Source: a virus
Lineage: Duplodnaviria > Caudoviricetes
Strand: one strand, 5' to 3'
DNA: 31,471 nt
Virus record (IMG/VR): IMGVR_UViG_3300012940_001425
Span: 1 to 31,471 of that record
Shown here piece after piece: positions 1 through 7,088 of the stretch. The notes beneath the pieces were generated by a model. That model had not been told where the DNA came from. It was given only the letters and a program-made list of their open reading frames with translations, and did no database searches. Position 1 is the first letter of the stretch. Each line of letters opens with the position of its first letter. The translations under genes were made by a program, and so were the position numbers.

Positions 1-2
1 TT

Positions 3-590
3 ATGAATCCGAATCATGTTTTGCAGTTGGTTGCCGATGAGTATATGATATCCGTTGATGATATCCTATCTGTGCACCGGCACCATCCTTTTCCGCAAGC
101 TCGGCAGGTGGTGATCTATCTGCTGTCGAGCGAATTCAGGTGCACACAGATAGGAAGGATATTGAATAAAGATCATAGCACAGTAATAGTCAGCAATAAA
201 AAGATGATTGATTACCTAGAATTTGACGAGCAACTTAAAGAAAGGGTAGACCGGCTCAAGAAGCAATTAAAGTTACCATATGATACGATCATGAAAGTTA
301 GTTATGAACAGCTTAAAGCCCTGAAAGGGTTATTGGAATACTTCCTAGAAGGCTATAAGCCTAAAGATTTGATGGAAAAGATGTTCAAAAACAGCATGAA
401 CAGTCTTTATGAAAAGGTCAGAAAGAAGGTGATCACGAGAAAAAAGAACTTGACCCTTAACGAAAACGAACAGATCGCTTTCGCTCATTTTCAACGGCAC
501 CTGCACTCACTGCCGGGCATTGATGGGTTTGGATACGCGGAGAATGTGTGCCGGATAATCATTCAGCAAATATATATCGATTATGGATAG
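3..590 (+). CDS. DnaA C-terminal-like HTH domain fused to a phage hypothetical domain
   Basis: The N-terminal ~90 aa match the DnaA domain IV pattern (VADEYMISVDDILS...ARQVVIYL...TQIGRILNKDHSTVI). There is no AAA+ domain. The C-terminal half, from MKVSYEQL, is unrelated. The start lies at the window edge. Confidence 0.7.
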   Translation: MNPNHVLQLVADEYMISVDDILSVHRHHPFPQARQVVIYLLSSEFRCTQIGRILNKDHSTVIVSNKKMIDYLEFDEQLKERVDRLKKQLKLPYDTIMKVSYEQLKALKGLLEYFLEGYKPKDLMEKMFKNSMNSLYEKVRKKVITRKKNLTLNENEQIAFAHFQRHLHSLPGIDGFGYAENVCRIIIQQIYIDYG

Positions 591-762
591 ACCACTTACA
601 CCGGCTCAGGTGAGTGCGGAGATACTGACCTACGAGCAATGGATGCGCGACAACCCTTGCGCAGCCGATGACAGTAAAGCCGAGGTTATGAGGCGGCTTA
701 GGGTTTTGAAACTGAAACTGGAACTATTTAAAAAACAGCAAAATGACAACAACAGTAATTAA
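583..762 (+). CDS. small hypothetical protein (59 aa, not in the ORF track)
   Basis: ATG 583 to TAA 760-762 reads MDRPLTPAQVSAEILTYEQWMRDNP... It overlaps both neighbours and fills the gap in a tightly packed operon. Confidence 0.6.
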   Translation: MDRPLTPAQVSAEILTYEQWMRDNPCAADDSKAEVMRRLRVLKLKLELFKKQQNDNNSN

Positions 763-1375
763 CAACTTAACAGAGGAAGAATTAGAGGCCGCATTGGCCG
801 AGAAAAGAGCCGCTAAAGCAGAAGAACGCGAAAAGAAACGCGTGCAACTGGAGGCTTTAAAAATGGATGTAATCAAAGCAATCAGCGATGGTGCTTTGTC
901 GCTTCATAAATCAATGCAAGCATTTAAGAAAGATGCTTTTGAGAGCATGAATAGTTACTATGATCTATTGCAGGATTATAGCGACCGTGCGCGTGATGGC
1001 AAGGGTAATTTTACGATAGAAAGTGATGCTTACCGTATCAAATTCCGTAACCAAACTATTAAGGGGTTTGATGAGCGTGCCGATCAGGCCGAAAAGCACA
1101 TCATTGATTTTGTGAACCATCAGTGGCAGGGGGACGAAAGCACGCGTGAGCTTATCATGAGCCTGTTGGAGCGTAAGGCCGGGGCTTTGGATATCGACAA
1201 CGTACAGAAGCTTTATAAGCTGGAAGATAGGTTTGATAACGAAAACTGGATACGGGGTTTGCAGCTGCTGAAAGAAAGCTATACCACTACCAATACAAAG
1301 AGTTATATACAGATTGAGGAAAAGGACGGTAACGGTGGTTGGAATCCTATTGTGTTGAATTTTGCCAGCATCTAA
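743..1375 (+). CDS. DUF3164-like protein typical of Mu-like phage early regions
   Basis: 210 aa with a coiled-coil N-terminus, a GKGNFT...FDERA motif and a C-terminal KSYIQIEEKDGNGGWNPIVLNF. Recognised by resemblance only. Confidence 0.65.
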   Translation: MTTTVINNLTEEELEAALAEKRAAKAEEREKKRVQLEALKMDVIKAISDGALSLHKSMQAFKKDAFESMNSYYDLLQDYSDRARDGKGNFTIESDAYRIKFRNQTIKGFDERADQAEKHIIDFVNHQWQGDESTRELIMSLLERKAGALDIDNVQKLYKLEDRFDNENWIRGLQLLKESYTTTNTKSYIQIEEKDGNGGWNPIVLNFASI

Positions 1376-1378
1376 TAC

Positions 1379-1418
1379 AAAGGACGGCCTCCATTTGGCG
1401 ATGATCCGGCCGCCCTTT
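1379..1418 (-). terminator. hairpin, possibly terminating a minus-strand antisense transcript
   Basis: The arms aaaggacggcc (1379-1389) and ggccgcccttt (1408-1418) form 11 bp on the minus strand, including one G-U pair. Confidence 0.45.
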
Positions 1419-1440
1419 CATCATTTAACTCAAATATCAA

Positions 1441-1581
1441 ATGAAAACAAAGGTAACATTAAAGTACATCATGTCAAGGATTGACGTGATCATAATTTGG
1501 ACGGTGATTGTTGTTTGGTTCCTAGCCGGAATGGCCACCTTCTTTTATCTACTAATCAAATTGTTAATCAGCCTAATATGA
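1441..1581 (+). CDS. small membrane peptide (46 aa, not in the ORF track)
   Basis: Reads MKTKVTLKYIMSRIDVIIIWTVIVVWFLAGMATFFYLLIKLLISLI. It has an A-rich leader, and its TGA overlaps the next ATG (ATGA, 1578-1581). Confidence 0.6.
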   Translation: MKTKVTLKYIMSRIDVIIIWTVIVVWFLAGMATFFYLLIKLLISLI

Positions 1582-1724
1582 GGTATGAACTCGCCAAGGC
1601 GGTGATCATTGACAAGGTCGATGAAGCTGTGGAACATTTGAGCGTGCAGGAATATGCGCAATTGATGAGGGAATTATCGGAGGACTTGGCCATAAGAGCC
1701 GAAGCGGCAGAGGAGGAAATGTAA
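1578..1724 (+). CDS. small acidic helical hypothetical protein (48 aa)
   Basis: ATG 1578 is coupled to the upstream stop and reads MRYELAKAVIIDKVDEAVEHL... This start is preferred over the TTG start at 1497. Confidence 0.6.
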   Translation: MRYELAKAVIIDKVDEAVEHLSVQEYAQLMRELSEDLAIRAEAAEEEM

Positions 1725-1748
1725 TTTTTAACAATCTATAATAACAAA

Positions 1749-2237
1749 ATGGAAACATTACAAGTAACAAAAGCAAATGCTTTAAAGGCTTTTGAGGAAG
1801 CCAACACAAAGGGCAAGGCCCTGCTATCAAACCTTTTCGGTGAGAAGGTTTTTCGCAAGAACGTCATGGAGCGCATCAAGAGTTATGAGGACGCCTGTGA
1901 GGAGCTGGGCGAAAGACCTCTTTCCTTATCCGACTTTAACTTTCTTCCTGCAATTGATCGTGAGTACCATTACCATGATCACCGTAGGGTAATTATTGCC
2001 CGCGCTCTAAACGAGGGATGGGTGTCAGATTATGGCGACACTGATCAGGCAAAATATTATGTATGGTACAAGTACCTTGGTTCGTCCCGCGGTTTCGCGT
2101 ACTACCGCTACGACTACATCTACTCGTATTCGTTTGTCGGTGCCCGCCACGAATTTAAGAGCTTGGAGCTCGCCAAATACTTTGCTGCTCAGTTCATAGG
2201 AGAAATCAATGCATGTTTCACAATCAAACAATCATAA
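1749..2237 (+). CDS. DGR target protein 1 (162 aa)
   Basis: Contains VR1, encoding GSSRGFAYYRYDYIYSYSFVGAR. It is paralogous to the next gene (IARALNEG..KYY vs IALAINKG..KYF; LAKYFAAQF vs AAKFFGTQH). Confidence 0.9.
   Translation: METLQVTKANALKAFEEANTKGKALLSNLFGEKVFRKNVMERIKSYEDACEELGERPLSLSDFNFLPAIDREYHYHDHRRVIIARALNEGWVSDYGDTDQAKYYVWYKYLGSSRGFAYYRYDYIYSYSFVGARHEFKSLELAKYFAAQFIGEINACFTIKQS
2077..2148 (+). repeat. DGR variable repeat VR1
   Basis: 2079-2147 aligns without gaps to TR 2648-2716 with 10 mismatches, all opposite TR adenines. Confidence 0.95.
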
Positions 2238-2241
2238 TAAA

Positions 2242-2613
2242 ATGGAAGGATTAGAATTTAACAAACCCACAAGCCTACAGGAGGCATTGGACTTCAATGG
2301 CGAAACATTGGAGCAATTTAACCACCGTACACAGTTCGATACAGATGGTCAAAAGGCCGGTAAGGAACTGGAAGTAATTGCCTTGGCAATCAATAAAGGC
2401 AAGGTACTGACCTATAAAGACACCAGTTACAGGAAATACTTTCCGGTGTTTTGGTCGGTTGGTTCGTCCCGCGGTTTCGCGTACAACTCCTACGACTACA
2501 ACGCCGCGAATTCGCTTGTCGGTGCCCGCCTCACGGTTGTTTCTGCTGAGGCTGCCAAGTTCTTTGGAACGCAGCATTTGAGTATATGGGATAGATATAT
2601 AAACGGTCAGTAA
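2242..2613 (+). CDS. DGR target protein 2 (123 aa from ATG 2242)
   Basis: Contains VR2, encoding SVGSSRGFAYNSYDYNAANSLVGAR. ATG 2242 follows an A-rich leader just after the stop of target 1. Confidence 0.9.
   Translation: MEGLEFNKPTSLQEALDFNGETLEQFNHRTQFDTDGQKAGKELEVIALAINKGKVLTYKDTSYRKYFPVFWSVGSSRGFAYNSYDYNAANSLVGARLTVVSAEAAKFFGTQHLSIWDRYINGQ
2455..2530 (+). repeat. DGR variable repeat VR2
   Basis: 2455-2529 aligns without gaps to TR 2642-2716 with 10 mismatches. Nine are opposite TR adenines and one is T2690/G2503. Confidence 0.95.
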
Positions 2614-2618
2614 AATAA

Positions 2619-2820
2619 CAGGGTGGTGTGCTGATTTACTTTCAGTTGGTTCGTCCCGCGGTTTCGCGTACAACAACTACGACAACAACTACACGAATTC
2701 GATTGTCAGTGCCCACATTGCTTAACAGATAATCTCAGCACAGACCTTGCCGAAAGGCAGAAAATAACAGACTACTTGAAGGGCGTTGGTAACCGACAAC
2801 TAGCGGTGAAGGCGACCTAT
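2619..2820 (+). ncRNA. putative DGR template RNA (TR plus structured flanks and spacer)
   Basis: tgtgctga (2627-2634) pairs with tcagcaca (2735-2742), enclosing TR. A tgcc-GAAA-ggca tetraloop hairpin lies at 2748-2759. The boundaries are approximate. Confidence 0.65.
2642..2717 (+). repeat. DGR template repeat (TR)
   Basis: Intergenic copy rich in AAC codons (tac aac aac tac gac aac aac tac acg aat), lying directly upstream of the RT. Confidence 0.95.
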
Positions 2821-2834
2821 AAAGCAAAGGCTAA

Positions 2835-3794
2835 ATGAAACGGTTAAATAACTTATATGATCAGGTGATAAGCATAGACAACATCTTGCTTGCCGACTCT
2901 ATTGCCCGAAATGGCAAAAAAAAGCAGTATGGCATTAAGGTGTTTGATCGGAACTTTGAACAGAATATAGCCGATATTTACCGTGAACTGGCCACAAACA
3001 CCTACCGAACATCCGCGTATAAAACACGGGTTATCAGGGAGAGAAAAGAAAGGACGGTATCCATACTTCCGTACCGAGACAGGGTGGTACAGCATGCAAT
3101 AATGAATGTGTTGGAGCCGATGTTTGTTTCTACATTCACGGCCAACACTTTCAGTTGCATCAAGGGACGTGGCACCCATGCTGCGAGCAGAGCCTTGTCT
3201 AAGACACTAGCCAATGAGGGTGACACAATGTATTGCTTGCAGCTTGATATCCGCAAGTTTTATCCATCGGTTGACCACGAAGTACTTAAGTCTTTACTAA
3301 GAAAAAAAATAAAGGACAAAGAGCTGTTACAGCTACTTGATGGTATTATTGATAGTGCGCCTGGTCTGCCAATAGGCAATTATTTGAGCCAGTACTTTGC
3401 CAACTTCTATTTAACGTATTTCGATCACTGGTTAAAGGAAAATAAAAAGGTTAAATATTACATCCGATACGCTGATGACATCGTCATACTGCATCACGAT
3501 AAAGCATATTTAAAACGCGCCATAGCCGGTATAATAAAGTACCTAGATCATAACCTTAAATTAGAGGTAAAACCCAATTACCGCATATTCCCTGTCCGGA
3601 CTGGTGTAGACTTTTGCGGATACGTCCACTTTAAAAACTACAAATTACTTCGAAAAACCATTAAAAAGGCATTTGCCCGTGCCATATACCTGAAAAAGGG
3701 ACGTGCTTCTATAGCGTCTTACTTAGGTTGGGCCAAGCATGCCAATTGCAAGAACTTAATCAAAAAATTATTACCTAATGAATGCGCCAATTAA
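2835..3794 (+). CDS. DGR reverse transcriptase (319 aa)
   Basis: Has RT motifs PYRDRVVQHA, LQLDIRKFYPS, GLPIGNYLSQ (the SQ variant typical of DGR RTs), YIRYADD and GVDFCGY. It has no maturase X or endonuclease domain and is adjacent to TR and the VRs. Confidence 0.95.
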   Translation: MKRLNNLYDQVISIDNILLADSIARNGKKKQYGIKVFDRNFEQNIADIYRELATNTYRTSAYKTRVIRERKERTVSILPYRDRVVQHAIMNVLEPMFVSTFTANTFSCIKGRGTHAASRALSKTLANEGDTMYCLQLDIRKFYPSVDHEVLKSLLRKKIKDKELLQLLDGIIDSAPGLPIGNYLSQYFANFYLTYFDHWLKENKKVKYYIRYADDIVILHHDKAYLKRAIAGIIKYLDHNLKLEVKPNYRIFPVRTGVDFCGYVHFKNYKLLRKTIKKAFARAIYLKKGRASIASYLGWAKHANCKNLIKKLLPNECAN

Positions 3795-4095
3795 ATCGTT
3801 CAGTGAACTTGGTATCAAATCGGAAAACCAATTGTCCGGCGTTAAGATCGGTATCAACCATGTGCTTAACAAAGCCATTAAAGTTAATGATTTCAGGGTT
3901 GGAAAATCAAAATTTACCGAAATAGGTAACGGCAAGCTTTTGACTATTCAGATTGAAGTTGATGGGGAGGAACGTATCATATTTACGAGTTCTAATATCC
4001 TTCACGATCAGCTGGAAAAAATCAGAGCAGTTAACGGCTTTCCCTGCATGGCTACCATTATACCGCTGACACCAAGAGGCTACAAATTTACGTAA
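3778..4095 (+). CDS. RT-coupled hypothetical protein, candidate DGR accessory factor (105 aa)
   Basis: Overlaps the RT 3' end by 17 nt. It shows beta-strand patterning (LLTIQIEVDGEERIIFTSS), unlike the helical Avd. Confidence 0.7.
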   Translation: MNAPIKSFSELGIKSENQLSGVKIGINHVLNKAIKVNDFRVGKSKFTEIGNGKLLTIQIEVDGEERIIFTSSNILHDQLEKIRAVNGFPCMATIIPLTPRGYKFT

Positions 4096-4096
4096 C

Positions 4097-4276
4097 ATGA
4101 CAGATAAAGAATTTCGGGAAAAGGTTCGCGAGATGCGTGCCGCCCAAAAGGAGTATTTCAGAAAAAAAGATCAGGCAGTGCTGCGGTACTGCAAACGTCT
4201 TGAAAAGGAAATTGATCGGGAACTCGAACCGGTCAAGGAAGAAACGAGACCAGTTAACCAATTTTCAATGTTTTAG
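4097..4276 (+). CDS. small hypothetical protein (59 aa, not in the ORF track)
   Basis: Reads MTDKEFREKVREMRAAQKEYFRKKDQAVLRYCKRLEKEIDREL... It fills the gap with 1-2 nt spacing on each side. Confidence 0.75.
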   Translation: MTDKEFREKVREMRAAQKEYFRKKDQAVLRYCKRLEKEIDRELEPVKEETRPVNQFSMF

Positions 4277-4278
4277 TT

Positions 4279-5142
4279 ATGCCAACAGTGAACAGTTTAT
4301 CAGGCGGTAAAACAAGCAGTTATTTGGCCGCTAATTATCCTGCCGACATCAACGTTTTTGCGCTGGTGTGTCTTGATGACCATAATGGTAATGCGCACTA
4401 TAGGAAATACTATAAAGACCACGGTATTACGCAAAAGGTAAACGATAGGCTTCAAAAATATTGCAGTGATCAACGCGAATTTGTTGGAACGGCCGAAGAC
4501 CCTAAGACCATCATTGCCATACTGGAATTAGAGCAATTCTTAGGTAGGGAGATTGTTTGGCTGCGTGGAATAGGTTTTGAAGACATGTTGAATGTACGTA
4601 GCTACATGCCTAATCAGCATAAACGGTTCTGTACCCAATTGATGAAGATTAAGCCAATATTCGAGTTTCTTTTCAAGTATCATGAGCTACCGGTAAAAAT
4701 GAGAATTGGATATAGGTATGATGAGCAGGAACGACAGGAAAAATACAATGGTACTTTCAGGTATCCAATCCGTTGCGAATATCAAGAGAACTCGGGAAGA
4801 TGGATTCAAAGGTGGGAGGAAATACAATATGCAATCGGTGATTTTCCACTCATTGAAGACAAGGTTTTGCACTATCACGTAAAGAGCTACTGGCAGGGAA
4901 AAGGGATTGATTTTCCTGAAGATAGTAACTGTCAGTTCTGTTTTTGGAAACACCCCCAACAGCTTAGAAAAAACTTTGAGACCAATAGGCCTATTATGTT
5001 GGTCGGGGCGGTGCAGGAGGACATGCATAATGCCTCCATGCGCAAAGATTATTCGCTGTTGGAAATAATGAACATGGGCTTACAGTTGGAATTTAACTTC
5101 GGTACGGGAAGTGGTTGCCAAGCCGGTTTTTGCACTGATTAA
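4279..5142 (+). CDS. PAPS-reductase-like / adenine nucleotide alpha-hydrolase (PP-loop) protein
   Basis: Has an N-terminal SLSGGKTS PP-loop, RFCTQLMKIKP, IGYRYDE, SNCQFCFWK and a C-terminal GCQAGFC cysteine cluster. Confidence 0.75.
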   Translation: MPTVNSLSGGKTSSYLAANYPADINVFALVCLDDHNGNAHYRKYYKDHGITQKVNDRLQKYCSDQREFVGTAEDPKTIIAILELEQFLGREIVWLRGIGFEDMLNVRSYMPNQHKRFCTQLMKIKPIFEFLFKYHELPVKMRIGYRYDEQERQEKYNGTFRYPIRCEYQENSGRWIQRWEEIQYAIGDFPLIEDKVLHYHVKSYWQGKGIDFPEDSNCQFCFWKHPQQLRKNFETNRPIMLVGAVQEDMHNASMRKDYSLLEIMNMGLQLEFNFGTGSGCQAGFCTD

Positions 5143-5152
5143 ACAAAGTATT

Positions 5153-5227
5153 ATGATAGAATTATATGTTCTTATCGGATTGATAATAATAGGAGTTATA
5201 GACCACAAAACAGCAAAAAAGAAATGA
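5153..5227 (+). CDS. possible 24-aa hydrophobic peptide
   Basis: Reads MIELYVLIGLIIIGVIDHKTAKKK. Its stop overlaps the next ATG (ATGA, 5224-5227). Confidence 0.35.
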   Translation: MIELYVLIGLIIIGVIDHKTAKKK

Positions 5228-5499
5228 AAGCATTTGAAATGAAATTAGACCACGAGAAAGAGTGGGTATGCGCTAATACCAAAGAGGAGGCGCTTGAATA
5301 TTATCTATCTGAATGGGTTGCAGAATCCGAAAAAGAGAAAGTGGTTTGTCGTGAAGTTCATGATGATGAACTTGATAATATAACGATTACGTACTATGGC
5401 GAGGAAGATGAAAGCGGAGAACTACCAACGGAGACATTTCGAGAGTATTTAAAGACAGCGACTTGTGTAGAGAAATTTTGCTCTACATGGGATTATTAA
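5224..5499 (+). CDS. acidic hypothetical protein
   Basis: 91-aa ORF in the operon, very rich in Glu and Asp. Confidence 0.7.
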   Translation: MKAFEMKLDHEKEWVCANTKEEALEYYLSEWVAESEKEKVVCREVHDDELDNITITYYGEEDESGELPTETFREYLKTATCVEKFCSTWDY

Positions 5500-5513
5500 T
5501 TTTTAAACAAGTT

Positions 5514-5909
5514 ATGGTATTAGGATTTAAAAAACGTTTTGAGCAGCCAATATTGACCGGCTCAAAAATCCATACGGTTAGACAGGACGAAAAAGATAGA
5601 TGGCATAGAGGTATGACCATCCATTTTGCAACCGGTACGCGAACAAAAAACTACAATTGCTTTAAGGTATCAGAAGTCATTTATACACAGCGAATATTCA
5701 TGAGTTATGATTGGATGTTACATATCTCTATTGATGGGCGTGAACTTTTTGGATACAATGAACGTGAGCAGTTTGCGATCAATGATGGTTTTTCAAGTTT
5801 GGAGGACTTCGAAAATTGGTGGTACCCTATCTTAGAAAAAGATGAAGATCATACTTTCTCGGGTAAGGTTATACATTGGACGAATTATCAATATAAAAAA
5901 GCTTGGTAA
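5514..5909 (+). CDS. ASCH/PUA-like domain protein
   Basis: FEQPILTGSKIHTVR matches the ASCH GxKxxTxR motif, and FAINDGFSSLEDF is also present. ATG 5514 is the preferred start. Confidence 0.7.
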   Translation: MVLGFKKRFEQPILTGSKIHTVRQDEKDRWHRGMTIHFATGTRTKNYNCFKVSEVIYTQRIFMSYDWMLHISIDGRELFGYNEREQFAINDGFSSLEDFENWWYPILEKDEDHTFSGKVIHWTNYQYKKAW

Positions 5910-6079
5910 TGGAACGATTAACCGGAAAGTACTTCCATAAAAAGACCTGGTTCGGTTTTGTGCTGATGGTTGAGGTTGAGCGGCAAGTGTTCTGTGAGCA
6001 TGACATGACCTTTATCTTTAAGTATAAAACCCATCGAAAAGCCAAAAGGGCTGACATTGTTAACTTAAAAATGAGATGA
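5909..6079 (+). CDS. small hypothetical protein (56 aa, not in the ORF track)
   Basis: Reads MERLTGKYFHKKTWFGFVLMVEVERQ... It has a TAATG overlap upstream and an ATGA overlap downstream. Confidence 0.65.
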   Translation: MERLTGKYFHKKTWFGFVLMVEVERQVFCEHDMTFIFKYKTHRKAKRADIVNLKMR

Positions 6080-6297
6080 AAATGAATATACATTTTAGGG
6101 CGTTTGAGATGGCCGATTTCCTGCAAAGGCGTGGTTACACGGTGACAACAGAACCGGTAGAGCAACATTGGCACATACATGGAAGTCGCTTTATGACAGA
6201 AACAAACGCTGTAACATTTGCCGAAAAGAACGGTAAGAAGGTGACCCTTGATGAGGCTTTTGAATTTGAAATGAAACATAAACTATTGGAGCAATGA
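6076..6297 (+). CDS. hypothetical protein
   Basis: 73-aa ORF translationally coupled on both sides. Confidence 0.7.
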   Translation: MKMNIHFRAFEMADFLQRRGYTVTTEPVEQHWHIHGSRFMTETNAVTFAEKNGKKVTLDEAFEFEMKHKLLEQ

Positions 6298-6701
6298 AAA
6301 GGGATTACAGATCGTTTTTTGCCTTCTGTAAAATGGCAGGTCGCGACTATAAAGAGGTTGTGCTTGAATTTACGGAAGGCCGTACGGATAGTTTGCGCGA
6401 ACTTGGCGACAGAGAGTATTTGGAACTACTTATTGTTGCCAAGGGATTTAATAAAGTGCCGGTCAGCTGGAAGCCAGCACCGGGCGATGCACAGCGCAAA
6501 AAGATGATTGCTTTGGCCAAGCAGATGAACTGGGGCAATGGTGACCGCAATGTGTTATTAATTGAAATAGATGAGTGGCTTCTTAAACAGCCTAAGTTTG
6601 CTGCGCGGTTAAATGCGCTATCGCTGGATCAGCTTGGCCGTGCACTCTACGTTTTTGAACATAAGGTATTTGCTGATTTTATGAAAGGATTGAATAAATA
6701 A
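6294..6701 (+). CDS. hypothetical protein, possibly Mu GemA/gp16-like
   Basis: GRTDSLRELGDREY...AQRKKMIALAKQMNW...LNALSLDQL resembles the two-domain GemA pattern, and the position in the early region fits. Confidence 0.5.
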   Translation: MKRDYRSFFAFCKMAGRDYKEVVLEFTEGRTDSLRELGDREYLELLIVAKGFNKVPVSWKPAPGDAQRKKMIALAKQMNWGNGDRNVLLIEIDEWLLKQPKFAARLNALSLDQLGRALYVFEHKVFADFMKGLNK

Positions 6702-6707
6702 AATGCC

Positions 6708-7088
6708 ATGGGAATGTATACAGAATTAATTTTGGGTTGCGACCTAAAGAAAGATACTCCGTCTGAAGTTATTGACACCATCTTGTTATTAATTGGTGAA
6801 GCCGTTAAAACGAAACCATTGATTGAGTTTAAAAGAAATCCATTAAATGGATCATCATACTATTTTGGGGTCAGTGAGAGCTTAACTTTTTTTAAAAGAG
6901 ATGAGCTTACCAAAAGATGGATACTTAGTGTAAGGGCTAATATAAAAAACTATGATAGCGATATAGAAAAGTTCCTAGCTTGGATAAAGCCATATGTTTA
7001 TTCAGGTTCAGGTGGTCTTGATACGTATGCACTAGTAATGTACGAAGAGGATTTATATTATAAACATTATAACCTATATGAAGTATGA
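6708..7088 (+). CDS. hypothetical protein
   Basis: 126-aa ORF in the operon. Confidence 0.7.
   Translation: MGMYTELILGCDLKKDTPSEVIDTILLLIGEAVKTKPLIEFKRNPLNGSSYYFGVSESLTFFKRDELTKRWILSVRANIKNYDSDIEKFLAWIKPYVYSGSGGLDTYALVMYEEDLYYKHYNLYEV

Larger units (their letters stand above)
1749..4095 (+). mobile_element. diversity-generating retroelement cassette: target1-target2-TR-RT-accessory ORF
   Basis: RT, TR and two adenine-mutated VRs are all co-oriented within 2.35 kb. Confidence 0.92.

Noticed and set aside
3-590. Chromosomal dnaA/oriC
   Set aside because: Only the HTH domain is present and the context is phage.
2159-2171. gagct-tgg-agctc as the DGR target-recognition hairpin after VR1
   Set aside because: It is only 5 bp, and VR2 has only 4-bp candidates at the equivalent position, so it cannot be told from chance.
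2025-2676. Minus-strand ORFs 2025-2231 and 2275-2676 sharing similar peptides
   Set aside because: They are antisense shadows of the VR/TR repeats within real + strand genes.
2077-2717. Three similar ~70-nt repeats read as a CRISPR array or simple duplication
   Set aside because: Spacing is irregular, two copies are in coding frame, mismatches fall almost only at adenines of the third copy, and there are no cas genes. This fits a DGR.
2835-3794. RT as a group II intron, retron or Abi RT
   Set aside because: It is short, has no maturase or endonuclease domain and no retron VTG motif, carries the DGR-type SQ motif, and is adjacent to TR and the VRs.
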